Assembly: GCA_977016875.1 (NCBI GenBank)
Contig: CDRNST010000115.1
Coordinates: 248,001-312,000, forward strand
Length of the DNA stretch: 64,000 nucleotides
Direction of reading: 5' to 3'
Source of the DNA: Pavona decussata
Taxonomy: Eukaryota
The position numbers were made by a program, and so were the translations under genes. The notes beneath the pieces were generated by a model. That model saw only the letters and a program-made list of their open reading frames with translations, was not told where the DNA came from and searched no databases. Below, one piece after another: positions 52,396 through 64,000 of this stretch (positions are counted from its first letter, which is position 1; every line of letters begins with the position of its first letter).

Positions 52396-53183
52396 ATTTT
52401 TTAGTGGAGCTATTTGAGTCAGGCATCGGTTACAGTGGTATTAACACTGCAAGGTCTGCTCTATCCAGTGTCTTAAAGCTTGTGGATGGGATGATTTTTG
52501 GAGCACAAGAGAGTGTCAAGAGGTTCTTAAAAGGAGTTTACGAAGCAAGACCCTCCAACCCAAGATATACTGAGACATGGGATGTGAGCAAGGTTCTGAA
52601 CTATCTTAAGACAATCTCTATTACAGACTGCTCACTAAAGGATCTGACTTTAAAATTAGTCACTTTTATGTCATTAGTATCAGCTCAACGGGTGCAGACA
52701 ATTCACTACTTGTCTTTGGAGGACATGGTTGTTTCAGAAACTTCTGTGACTTTTATTATCTCCGGGCCTATTAAACAGTCTAAGCCAGGGTTGAAACCCA
52801 CTGTTGTTAAGTTTGTAGCTTACCCGGACAACCCTAACATTTGTGTTGTCACTACCTTGAAGGCATATCTTAATCGTACCTCTTCTTTACGTGGACGTGC
52901 ACAACAATTGTTTATTAGTCATTACAAGCCATTTAAACCAGTTTCCCGGGACACCATCAGTAGATGGGTCAAAGCTGTAATGCAAAAGTCAGGAATTGAT
53001 GTAAACCTTTTCAAGCCCCACAGTACTAGGGCTGCCGCAACATCTGAGGCTTTGTTGAAATCTGTACCATTAGAGCACATCTTATCAGTTGCAGGATGGA
53101 GCTCATCTGACACTTTTGCAAAGTTTTATAGCAAGCCTGTTATCAACACAGATAGCTTTTCTAACGTTTTGTTACAAGAGTAA
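52017..53183 (+). CDS. DIRS tyrosine recombinase
   Basis: SAQRVQ, HSTRAAATS and AGWSSSDTFAKFY; overlaps the RT ORF as is typical. Confidence 0.9.
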   Translation: MPTENTNRLCRGIDDSSNVANPELVSQTSSHVSGCFKSVTTTTNCLTNARDPTRSPPPIQENGSDCMQIVRQSYETQGISQKATSIILQSWRKGTTKQYSSYIKRWTTYCHKKQIDPVSATVPQALDFLVELFESGIGYSGINTARSALSSVLKLVDGMIFGAQESVKRFLKGVYEARPSNPRYTETWDVSKVLNYLKTISITDCSLKDLTLKLVTFMSLVSAQRVQTIHYLSLEDMVVSETSVTFIISGPIKQSKPGLKPTVVKFVAYPDNPNICVVTTLKAYLNRTSSLRGRAQQLFISHYKPFKPVSRDTISRWVKAVMQKSGIDVNLFKPHSTRAAATSEALLKSVPLEHILSVAGWSSSDTFAKFYSKPVINTDSFSNVLLQE

Positions 53184-56100
53184 AGTTAATAAACTGTTTT
53201 TGACCAATATGACTTGCTTGGTTGGTCATCACTCTGTTCATGTGTGCAGTGGGCTTTAAAGTCTCACGTGAGCCCTCAGTGCGGTGACAGAATAGAATTG
53301 GAAAATTAAACGAGACTTACCTGTAAGTTGAGGTTGGATTGAAATTCTATCCATCACCAAGCACTGAGGGATTACGTGCCCTCCCTTTTAAGACCCTCCC
53401 ATTTTGCTGGTCAGGGTTTTCTTTCCCCTACACACATGGCAAGTGCTTTAAAAACTGAGTTCGCGCAGGCGCAATGCTATCTCACGTAATCCCTCAGTGC
53501 TTGGTGACGGATAGAATTTCAATCAAACTTCAACTTACAGGTAAGTCTCGTTTAATTTTCCAATTTTCTCATATGTTTTTTGACATGATTTCTTTTTTCT
53601 AGGTTTAGAAAGTATTTGGTGCTTTTCTCGCCATGCTCGTGCCAGGGGTCTCGCGCTCGAATAATTATTCCTTTAACCTTTTCTTCATAGTGGATAGTGT
53701 GCGCTCTTATGTTGTATTTTATCCAGTCCCAAATACTTCGACAGTTCGAAAGGTCCTTACGACCTTCAGCTAACCAGATAGGTATCCTCTCCGTGATGCC
53801 ATTAACGTAGTCTTCATCATCTAAAAGGGAGCAGTTCATTTTCCAGATACCTGGACCTTTGATGTCATCAGATTTGTTTACAAGTTCAAGAGTAATTGCT
53901 GCGTGGTCTGTTCTAATTGCCGGGATTATATCTGCTGCCTTAACTAGATCATGTAAAGAATTTGAGATCAGCCCATAGTCTAAACGACAAAAGATCGTAG
54001 GCAAATTTTGACTCCATGTAAAGCTCTTTTTCTGAGGATTCTTAACTCTCCATATATCGACGAGATCAAACTCTTCTTGTAGGTTGCTAATGGTTGATAC
54101 AACAGATTTTCTTCGTGAATTGGAGGTCCCGTGGGCCATAATAATGTCACTCCCCCATTCATTTCTCCAACACGTCTCTGAGTCCATTTTTGAGTGGGTT
54201 TCTTGTAAGAAGATGAAATCTGCTTTTTGCTTTCGACACCAAGTAAATATCGTTCTCCTTTTCTTAAAATTTCCAATGCCCCTTACATTTAAGGAAACTA
54301 ATTTGCACGTGCTAGCGCACATTTCGGTACTAGTAAAATACCAGTAAAACTGTGATTGCAGAAGAAAACAAGAGATATGATTAAAGAGCGCTCCGCTTGG
54401 TTTTTGCAATATTTAAATAAGAATAGACCGTTCCTCAAACTAGAGGAAAATAACGCGAAAAATTTCATCAGTACATGTATATTAAAATAATAGATTCTAT
54501 TGCCTTTTACGTACACTACACAAAAATGGAACAAGAGGGAAAAACACGATAATACACCTACCTCGTGTTCCAGATTAATATCCATCTACTAACAACCTAG
54601 TTCCTACATAAAAGAAAGCTCCTCCGCCAAAAAAAAACCATATAATCAAAATAATAAGGTGTCCATGGAGCAAAAATCTAACAAAAGGATGATGATCTTA
54701 TCTGATGTTGTTTTGATACAAAAGAGCGAATAATTAAAAATCCTACATAATATTGAGAAGAAAAGAAACTTATAACTTCGCCAGAAAATATTGTTATCGC
54801 CGTTCGGCAAACTAATGAATAAAGCTCAGACTCAAAGGATTCTTTTAAAGTCAGAATTTAATATATTTACCATCGATGTAGAGTTTGTCTGGTTCAGACT
54901 TGCTAAAGTTGGCCCGTCTACCTTCTTTTCTTGCCTGTTTTAATTTCTCAATCTGCGCTTTCCTCAGTTGATGTAGTTCCTTTGGAATGTCCTCAAACAT
55001 TTTGAAGTTTGTGCCCTTTAGCTTTCGCCCTTGTTTGAAGACTCGCTCCTTGTCTGATCGTGCGGCCGTCGTTACCAGTATCATCTTTTGGCTTGCCTAG
55101 CCTGTGGACCCTCTGGAATTCAATATGTTTGGCGTTCTGAACTCCAAGCGTATTTTCTAGAAAGTTCACAAGAACGCCTTTGGTATCTTCGTTTGTAGTT
55201 TTCCCTTCTTCAGCGTTTTGGGAGACTTCTGGAATTCCTTCGAATTTTAGGTTTTCGCGTCGGCTATAGGCCTCTAAATAAAGGATTTTCTTTCGGCATT
55301 CACCTAGTTCCTTCTTACACTCGTCGAGAGTTGATTGAAGTCGGTCCAGTTCGCTGTCGACAAATTGGGAGTTGGTTTCCACATGTGTAAATTTTCCTTT
55401 GAGCTTTTCCTGTTTATCTTTGACTGATATGACATCTACTTCCACGGAAGTAATCTTGCTTTGCAGCTTTTTAACAGTTAAGCTTATATCTTCCATCTTT
55501 AAATCCATGCTATCCAGTCTTGCGACTATAAGGTCTAGTTTTCCCTCGACGCCTTCCACTGGAGTTTTGGCGGCCACTGTTTTCTCAGCGTCACTTGAAA
55601 ATGTCACGTCCGGAATTGTGGCGTCTTTAGCTCGTTTTTCTTCAGGTGACGCTTCAGTTGAGCTACAGGATGAGTTTCTGCTGTATTTTCTCTTAGGAGT
55701 AACAAAAACAGAGGAAACCTCCATAAACACCGTAGTAAGAAAAGTGGCCGACGGAGCTTCCGAAAATGTGTCCTCACTCCATGATGCTCTCCCCAGACTC
55801 TCGCCACCTTATTATGATACAATATTAATTTACAGAAATTTGTTTAAGTATGACAGGAAAGCCCAAAGAAACCATGAGGCTTATGCAACGTGGGTTTCCA
55901 TGCTAAATTACTAAGAATAAACTTAATATTAAATTAACTGAACGGCAAAGGCAGAGTAACAATAATACGAAAGTAAAAGGTATCAAAAAAAATCTAGCGC
56001 TGCCAATTTAAGATTACGTGTTTACACTAGCATAATTTTAAATTGTATACAATCCTTTTTTAATCTTTCTTTTATATAGTTATGCAATTCAGCCTTTGGC

Positions 56101-56307
56101 TGCGATGTANNNNNNNNNNNNNNNNNNNNNNNNNNNNNNNNNNNNNNNNNNNNNNNNNNNNNNNNNNNNNNNNNNNNNNNNNNNNNNNNNNNNNNNNNNN
56201 NNNNNNNNNNNNNNNNNNNNNNNNNNNNNNNNNNNNNNNNNNNNNNNNNNNTAAAGGAAGAAGAGGAAGAGGGTAGAGGGAAAGGAACAAGTTAAGAAGG
56301 GGTTTCT

Positions 56308-56550
56308 TTAGATTTTTCTTAAAAGTAGATACACTAACTGGAAAGGCGAATTAAAAAACAAGGGGCCTTGGTATTGAAACGAAAAAAGTCTTATGTTAGT
56401 TCTGCTCTTAGGAACATGAAAGGAATTTGCATTCCTGGTATCATAACCATGAACTTGGTTCCTTCGTAGAAAGGTGTCATTAAATACATCTGGTAACAAC
56501 CCAGTTTTATGTTGAAACATTATTTTCCCTATTTCTGCTAGTTGGTTTGA
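56308..56550 (-). pseudogene. CR1/L2-group LINE 3' fragment
   Basis: MFQ...LLPDVF...HGYDTR...RTNIRLFS..YQGP..FN. Confidence 0.65.
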
Positions 56551-57172
56551 CCTCATAAAATCCTTGCAGGGTTCTCAATGTCTTTGTAGCAGCCCCACAG
56601 TTATTTGTGCATCCTTCTAAACCACATTTGGCACTTTCTATAATGGAAGATAAAAGAAAAAAATTTGCTTTAAGAGGAGAACAATGATGGTTGCAGAAAA
56701 TAAATTATATGCCAGTCAGTGAAACAAAACTATCATATTGAAAGTGAGCTTAGTTTAGCAATCCTCTTGACCAGTGAACACTTACATTGTACTCTTGATC
56801 ACTGTTTAGCAATTAAAAGTAAGTCAACGATAATTCCGACAATTTACAAAACAGTTCAAGTAAATAGTCTAGGTCGTTCCATCAACATTCTTGTTAAAGT
56901 TTCTTGCACGTGGTTGTAAACCATTTCCTTTTCTCTTGGACGTTTCAAACATTTTTTAACTCGTCAAAGGAATGTTACTGAATGTCATGCTCATACCTAA
57001 GCTACTCCTTTCGATAGCAATGGTTGCTGGGAAGGCTAAACTTAGCAATGCACGGAGTGCTGTATTGGCTGAAAATATACTTTAAAAGAAAAGATGTTTC
57101 ACTAATGTATTACAATGGTAACTGAAGTAAAAGCTAGCTGTAAAAATGCGTGTGGCATTTACACACGGCCAT

Positions 57173-59644
57173 CTATTGAATTTCATCGTCATTCTCGCTG
57201 ACGTTAACATCAATGTCAACTTTGTGAGGATTCTCGCGTTCATTGTCCCCCATACATCGGCATGCTTCAGTACATGGGAGCCCATTGGCCTTGCACAGAG
57301 ACTGCTCACATTTGCAGGCAGTTAATTCGAGAAGACCAATGTGCGCTGGGTCTTTACACATGTGTGGGCTCCAAATGGCCATCTGTAAATAACCATCCAT
57401 TACCAACAGGGGATGGCATGGCGACAATCGCTTGAAGGGAATGCCTCCATACTGCTGTTTGGTAGTTTGCTCTCTGTATGTGTTGTCTGAGGCTGTCTGT
57501 TGTGGGAGGAGGACTTTCATTCTTTTGCTTCCTCTGGCAGAACATCCAATATCGAATTTCATCTGCTGTTGTTGCTGCTTGCGTAGCCTTGGAACTGAAT
57601 GGAACAAAGAAACTTCTCACATGCGCTCACTGTAAGCTCTGTCAGTGGCACTACATCCCCAACCTGTCGGATTCCTTGGTTTGTTGATTTTGTCTTCTGA
57701 AGCTCTTTCCAAGCTTTCCTTTTGCCAATTCCCCTGATTCCACTTGTTGAATCGCACCCTGTAAGAGCATAAAATCCAGGTAACAATTCGTTTGTTTCTG
57801 TTCCCAAAGTTGGGGCTAGCTGGTAAACAGGAATATGCTGAACTTTGTCCTTAACACCTGTTATGAACCACAATTGCTCAACTTCCAGGGCTGTGTAGAA
57901 AAAGGTACACAGGACGAGGACGTCGGGATCTGGCGACTGGGCAATAACTGTTTTATGGTGTAGAGATGCATGCTTAGCATGAAGCAACATTCTAGCGTCA
58001 GCTTCTTCATGATTAGCCTTGAGAGGTTCTACGTTAATAGACAATCCAGCTCTAACAAGAACAGCTTCCTGTTCATCTCAAAATCCACCAGCAAGAACAA
58101 GCTGGTGACCGTGTTGCCGTCTTCCTCGTGCAAACTCGCCCAACCTGTAGCTCAGAAAATGTGCAAGATTGGCTTTGTTCCTTTGGATGGCTATCTTTGC
58201 GGGATGGGAGTGTTTGGTCCACTTATCATTACCTCTAATGAGGGGTTGGAAGGACTCCGCCTTTGCCTCTCTCCAGACGTTGGGACTCTGTCATAGTGGT
58301 CAAAGACAACGTCTACCCTGTTGCAGCCAGGTTTTCTGTACGGTGAAGTGACCATGTCATAGTCCTTATCAGCTAACTCGCTAAAAGTGGATGCACCTCC
58401 GGATTTGAGCGTCTTTACCAATGCCATTCCATCTATGATATGAGCGGTTTTGGGTGGGTTACTGTTGGTAGATATTCTTGGCTCAACTCTCACAGTACTT
58501 TCTAACTCTACAGCCAGGACACTTTTTGAGGCTTTTTGTAGCGTACCATCTGCATGAGCAAGACTAAAAGGAAGAGTGGAAAGCTCAAAGGATAAGACCC
58601 CGCACAAGTTGACATCATGGAGTTAGCAACAATAAGGAGGCGACCAAACAGATCACGATTGGCAGTAACTGTTTGCATCTTCTCGTCAGTTGCTTTAATT
58701 TCTTTCTTTTTAGACAGTGACCTAAATGTCTAAATGTTTAGACGGGGAAGGGATTCCCAGAAACGAACAGTATTTGTGTTTAGTCGTTTCTCCACAAAAC
58801 ATTTCATGTGCTGTTCTTCTTTTTAAGCATTTACCAGTTTAAAAGCATCATCATTAGGCATCACCACCCCAGTAGCTAGGTCCAACAAAGGGACAACATC
58901 ACCATCATCAGCATGATCAAGGTCAAATAGGTTGGTCATGACTGCGGTTAACATAGTCATCATCTTTTGAACATCTTCGTCTCTCGCATGACGTCGACTT
59001 CCAGTTTCTTTGTGCCCAGACACCTTCTCAGATTCTCCCATGGAGCACATAGACTTTATTTGTGTAGTGATGGCTGCTCTCTTGTGTACTGTAAGGAACC
59101 ACCGTTTAAGGGCACCTGGATTTAAAGATATTCCTACAATCCCTTCTTTCGACTTGCTGTCCAGATTTACACTCTGTTCGAGGGCCATATCTGTCCAAAC
59201 TTGTCTAAATGGCTGAGTGGATCTGCTGATAGGATGACCTCTGTCCATGAACTCTTGGTGGATTTCTGGTGCCGTCACTGAAAGTTGGTGCATGTCCCCC
59301 AGGTAAACTGGCAACCATCTTGACTAATTGGTTCTGTCCATTTCAAAGAAATGGGGAGCCATTTGGGCAGTTGCTGAGAGGTGAAGTGACCACGATCCTC
59401 CTCTCTCAGCTCTAATATAGCGGAGTAAGAGCTGCACCATCTGAATGCAAGAGTACCAGTAATGAAACAAGTGTGATCTAGCTCTGCCCTCTTCTTGATA
59501 GTTGTTAAGAAGCTCACAAAGGCTAGCCATCTCACAAGAAAGAACTTTAAAATTATGTTGTACATCTTCCTCCTTTCTTGCAAGGGATACTCGACACTTC
59601 TGAATAAGTTGAAAGGTCTTCTCTTCTTCTTCTAGGGTGACCAA
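57173..59644 (-). pseudogene. Academ-type (XPG-like nuclease-bearing) transposase remnant
   Basis: DMALEQSVN..SKS..GIVG, IIDGMA, RVDVVFD, HEEADARMLLHA, SPDPDV, ALTGCDSTS..GIGKRKAW, and a C-terminal CXC-like region. Confidence 0.75.
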
Positions 59645-60739
59645 TTTCTTTTCCGCTAGCCATGTGCTGAACCCCTGCCATTGCAGCCATATGTTGTCCT
59701 GAATCTTTTGCGTTTTGTGTTGTAAGCAACATCCACTGAAAACTGAGGGGAAACATCTCCCTTGAAAGTGCCCTCTAACACCTTCACACCCACGGAACTA
59801 ACCACTAGCGGTGGGAAGGAAGCAGCAATAAATGACTTGGTCTGCTCTTCCCTTGCTTTCTTCTTATTTCCTGGACCAGATTTTTGGAATATCTTCATCC
59901 GAGAACTGTCATTGCGCAATTCCTGATTGACCAAGGATGGGTTAGGGAACTTTTCAGTCAGAAATTAATGGAATGTTTTGGATGCTGGAGAATTTAGGCT
60001 TTTCAGGTTAACTTGGCCAATGTTTTTACATCGGTTATTTGAGAAGAAAATATCGCCATTAAATAATTGCTTTCCTAAGAGAATCTCCTTTTTGGGATCT
60101 CTGCATCTGGGACCAATGGTGGCGTCTGTATCTTCTTCACAATCAGGGGCTAATTCTTCTCTGACTTTCTTTTTTCCTGGTGGTTTGATTTGAAGCACAT
60201 CATCATCATCACTGCCATCATCTTCGACAATATGATTGTCGCTAGTTACTTCCTCTGAGATTAATGAACAAAGTGAATCTGGGATACTGTGAGTGGTATC
60301 ATTTTCATAATTGTTCAAGTGATCTTCAGCTCCATTTGTTGATGTCCCATCAGCTTCTGAAGAAGAGCACTGTGAAATTGTGGACTCTTCAGGATGTGTC
60401 AGTGTTGGCTTTCCATCCTTAACCTTAAATGAAGGAATGTTCTCTTTTTGTTCCCAATGGGAACAACATGGTTAAATGGTTCACATCTAATTATGTTGCG
60501 AACAACTAAGTTAGTGGCCTATTATTAGTGGCCTATTGTCACAAGCATAACTTGTCTTCAATATTGACCATACATAGCATCTTGGGAGACATAAATGTCC
60601 TCCTCAACCTCAGGAAAGGTCTTGGTAAACAAAGCTTTCAGAACCTCAAGATTGATATGATATCTACAAGTAAAGAAAACGGATAGAGTAAGCCAGGTGC
60701 AATAGCTGAGCACCAGCCAGAGACAAGTACATAACATGG

Positions 60740-61830
60740 TTTTGTCAGTAGATGATCACAGCCTTTGAGACCATCATCGTTATTCACCCTTTTCACCTGT
60801 TGAAGACTAGTAGTAAGTGGGCAGAATGTTGTGACACTATAAGGCGCACTATTAATAATACCATTGTTGCACCTGCAACAATGGATACCAACCAGCTTTT
60901 ACCTTGTATCACTACTGATGAAATGGTCTTAATGTTCCTGTGACTGATCGGGTGAACATCGCAGCTACCAAGTTTGAATCAGCCTTAAGACACCTGAAGG
61001 AGTAGACATAGTGAGGAGAGCGGTTAACACCATCTTTCTCTTTCTACAAGCAGAAGTTCGGAAGCCTAACACCACAAAAGAACTGCAATTGGCATCCTGA
61101 AGAGCCTAAAAGAGGCGAACTTCACAATTGTCCTCCTGGTGAGGAAACGTCGTGTTAAACTCATCACCTGACAAGCAAATCAAATGGAGGTAATGATAGC
61201 CCCCCACCCTTCACATTAAACTACACATGGATGATAACTTCACAATTCTGGACAAAAGCAGCACTGACAGGTTCTTTCAGCATCACAGTAGTGAACACAC
61301 ATCCATCTATTTCACCTACATGGAGGCCAAGAATGACAACCAGCTGTTCTTTCATGACACGTCAGTTTCAAAAGAAGCAGAAGGTCACCTCACCAGTAGC
61401 ATCCATAGGCAGCTCATACACACTAGTCAGTACTCAATTAGTAAAACAAGATATTGTAAACTGTCTGTATGACTGGGTGAAGCATCTCACGGCCACACCG
61501 GTAGTTACATGTATCTTTGTCATCTGATTCTGATGATTATCACTTCTCTTTGTGCAGAAGATCACCAGGAGAAAAAGAAAAGCCCTTTGAGCGTCTGTGG
61601 AAGTGTCTAAAGACGCCTTTTATACCACCATGTCCAGGATGTTTCTCAGCCTCTTTGTTGCTGACTAGAACAAAAAGTTATTTGCTCAGTCTTAAGATCC
61701 AACACAACACTTAGGTCACACACGGTGCACCCAAAAGTCAAAGAAAATGTTGATGCAGTGTATCAAAATGGCATGGACTATAGGATTTTCTGAGTGTGGA
61801 AAAGCCTACATCTTGGTAGCAAGAAATCTA
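60740..61830 (+). pseudogene. Penelope-like element RT remnant
   Basis: YMDDNF..FFQH..SIYFT.E..NQLFF.D..SIHR..HTSQY matches the PLE RT C-terminal pattern. Confidence 0.6.
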
Positions 61831-62269
61831 TGTAAAAGAGAAGAGGGTGGTGGTGACCATAATGTAAACTATCATGGGGGGGGGGGGGGGTGGTAGGGGC
61901 CTCTGCTGTTTTGATATTGCTTTTTTTGCTCTTATACATGATTAGTATGTCCAGACGAGTCATCTGTGAAACAACTAGTTGTCAGTCATTTTTGACTGTT
62001 TTCCAAAAATGGAGAAAGAACAATCGTTGTGTGGCATATTTAAATAGAAAGGGCATAATTTAAGTGAAAGGGATCTAACTTCTTCACAGATGTATTTCAA
62101 CTTGTCTAGGTGAATCTGAGACAACTGTGTCTTAACGATACAGAAATCCCACCTGTGCCCTTTCTTCCTCTCCTGGTGTGCCCCACCACTGGCATGCAAA
62201 TTGAGCAAAAACTACCAAAGATGGCATCTAAATCAGAAAGAAAAACTGGTAATTATAGTTAAGTGCATC

Positions 62270-63540
62270 ATGTCAACATCATACATTGGACAGATGCAAC
62301 ACATCCTCTTATAGGGGAAACCAATTAACCACCCATTTAAAAGGATTTAAGGGGGCCACAGCAGACAGTAAGTACAATCAATTGTCCATCATATAGTGAA
62401 CCAGATGCAACATAGTCTGTCATAGGGGAGACCAGTTAAGTACCCATTTAAAAGGGGTCCACAAGCGACAGTAATCACAATCTATTGCCCATCATAAGTG
62501 AACCAGATGCAACACAGTCTGTGATGGGGTAGACCAGTTAAGCACCCATTTAAAAGTGGCCAGACAGACCGACAAGAAGAGAGTTAACAAATAGATTCCA
62601 TTTTGCCGTGCGTCTGTACTCTGATAACTCACAGATGACGTCAAAACGTGGTGAGAACAAAGAAGTACACTACGAGCAGCAGGTGAGTAGCGTGACCGAT
62701 GTTCTCACCACGTTTTGACGTCCTCTGTGCGTTATCAGAGTACAGACCCACGGCAAAATGGAATCTATTTGTTTTATACAATAACCAAGACATTTCACCA
62801 CATTTCGTAAGCGAGCATCGCGTTGCCTGAGGTGAGTCAAGCACTTTCCAGCAAACTCAGTTTTAGACTACTATGGTAAACACACATGCAATTGTGATCT
62901 TCTAAATTAGAGTATAATCCGGAAGAATTTCACTAACTTTATTTTCAAAACTAACCTTTATTCCAGAAGGAAATCCTGACCCCAAAATATTACAGCAAGT
63001 AAGTTGCTTCACTGCGATTTGTAATCGATTACTCGCCATTACCGGATTTCTACTGGCGACATATTTCGACAAATATTTGCTTCCTTTTCGCGTCACAACA
63101 ACGTTCTAGCTTTTTGTCCTGGTTGAGATCACTCTCAACGGTCTTTGTCCAATTTTGCAGGTTTCCTTTCCTGTGAAAATTTGCCTGTGTTTGTCTGCTA
63201 CTCGTAAAAACAGTTTGCAAAACTTTGTTGACCAGTCACTCTGGCTGGACTCTAGACTCTGATCACGTGCGCCAGTCACACCACTCGATGACGTCAATCG
63301 TGCGTCTATACTCTAATCACACACTTCTCTAGACCAATCAAAACGCGAGTTTTACACAGTTCATTGTATAAAAACAAACAACAGACAGTAATCACAATTT
63401 ATTGCCTATCACAAGTGGACCAGATGCAACACAGTCTGTCATGGAGGAGACCAGTTAAGCACCCATTTAAAAGGGGGCTGCACCAGAGAGTAATTACAAT
63501 CTATTGCCCATCATAAGTGGTCCAGATGCAACACAGTCCA
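62270..63540. repeat. Tandem repeat of about 105-110 bp, interrupted by an insertion at 62586-63378
   Basis: Recurring cagatgcaacacagtc..accagttaagcacccatttaaaag at about 62291, 62402, 62504, 63421 and 63523. Confidence 0.8.
62586..63378. mobile_element. Non-coding element with a 188-bp terminal hairpin (Crypton-like non-autonomous)
   Basis: Hairpin at 62586-62773, AACAAA at both ends, and ttatacaat (62774-62782) inverse to attgtataa (63363-63371). Confidence 0.6.
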
Positions 63541-64000
63541 GGGGCATAGCTAGCCTTTAAGCCATTAAGCACTCACGGGCTTAATAAGAATTAGTAATTA
63601 GTTTTCTTTAACAGCTGGAATGCCGCATTTTCTTTTGCTTACTATTCAATAGCGAATACCCGCTATATAAACGTTTTATTTTCAACAATAAAATAATGGC
63701 TTTTAATATTATATATTAAAAAATGTTGAAAGGTTAGCAAAATAAAGAATTGCTACTATAGAACTTTGAAATAGTTTTGCGCACGAAAATTTAGTTGACT
63801 GTTGATTTCCGCCTTACAGCAGCTTTGACAGCTGTGCGCTTGTAATTGTTAGAAAGAAAGTAGAACGGAGTAAGCTGATCATTCAAAATGCTTAGACATG
63901 CTTGTAAGGTGCCCTTGGTGAGAAACATGCTCGGAATCCTACAGCAGATAGCTTTTGCGTTTCATTACTCTGAAAAGAGACTGTTGGCGTTTAAGGAGTG

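Larger units (their letters stand above)
48987..53565 (+). mobile_element. Near-intact DIRS1-type tyrosine recombinase retrotransposon
   Basis: Left ITR 48987-49047, right ITR 53456-53518 plus extension to 53565, ICR 53263-53378. AATT is shared at both junctions. Confidence 0.95.
45977..55910 (-). mobile_element. Near full-length Tx1/L1-type LINE split by a DIRS insertion
   Basis: ORF1 at 54851-55730 (frameshifted), endonuclease at 53566-54320, RT at 46877-48990, zf-RVT at 46434-46860, then a 3' UTR and poly(T) near 45977-45989. Confidence 0.85.

Noticed and set aside
59656-60700. Acidic, low-complexity minus-strand ORF fragments upstream of the Academ remnant
   Set aside because: Could not assign them to Academ or to a host gene.

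Overview
This is AT-rich eukaryotic DNA. The repeat families look like those of marine invertebrates, most plausibly a stony coral or other cnidarian (inference). I found no confident host gene. The window is a dense, nested set of transposons: several Tx1/L1-type LINEs, two Gypsy elements (one with both LTRs and a TSD), a near-intact DIRS with ITRs and ICR, a degraded Ngaro with split direct repeats, Crypton fragments, and P-element, Academ, MULE-like, RTE, CR1/L2 and Penelope remnants, plus several MITEs. Most coding remnants lie on the minus strand. The most unusual region is 1-6.8 kb. It holds a tyrosine recombinase fused to a TRF/telobox-like Myb domain, convergent with an apparently spliced SF3 (D5-like) helicase gene. 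These are followed by arrays of related repeats containing hairpins, AT-rich palindromes and CCCTAA motifs. I cannot assign this combination to a named transposon family, and it may be a YR-integrating, self-replicating element. Assembly gaps: 7020-7296 and 56110-56251. All family assignments come from motif recognition by eye, not database searches.
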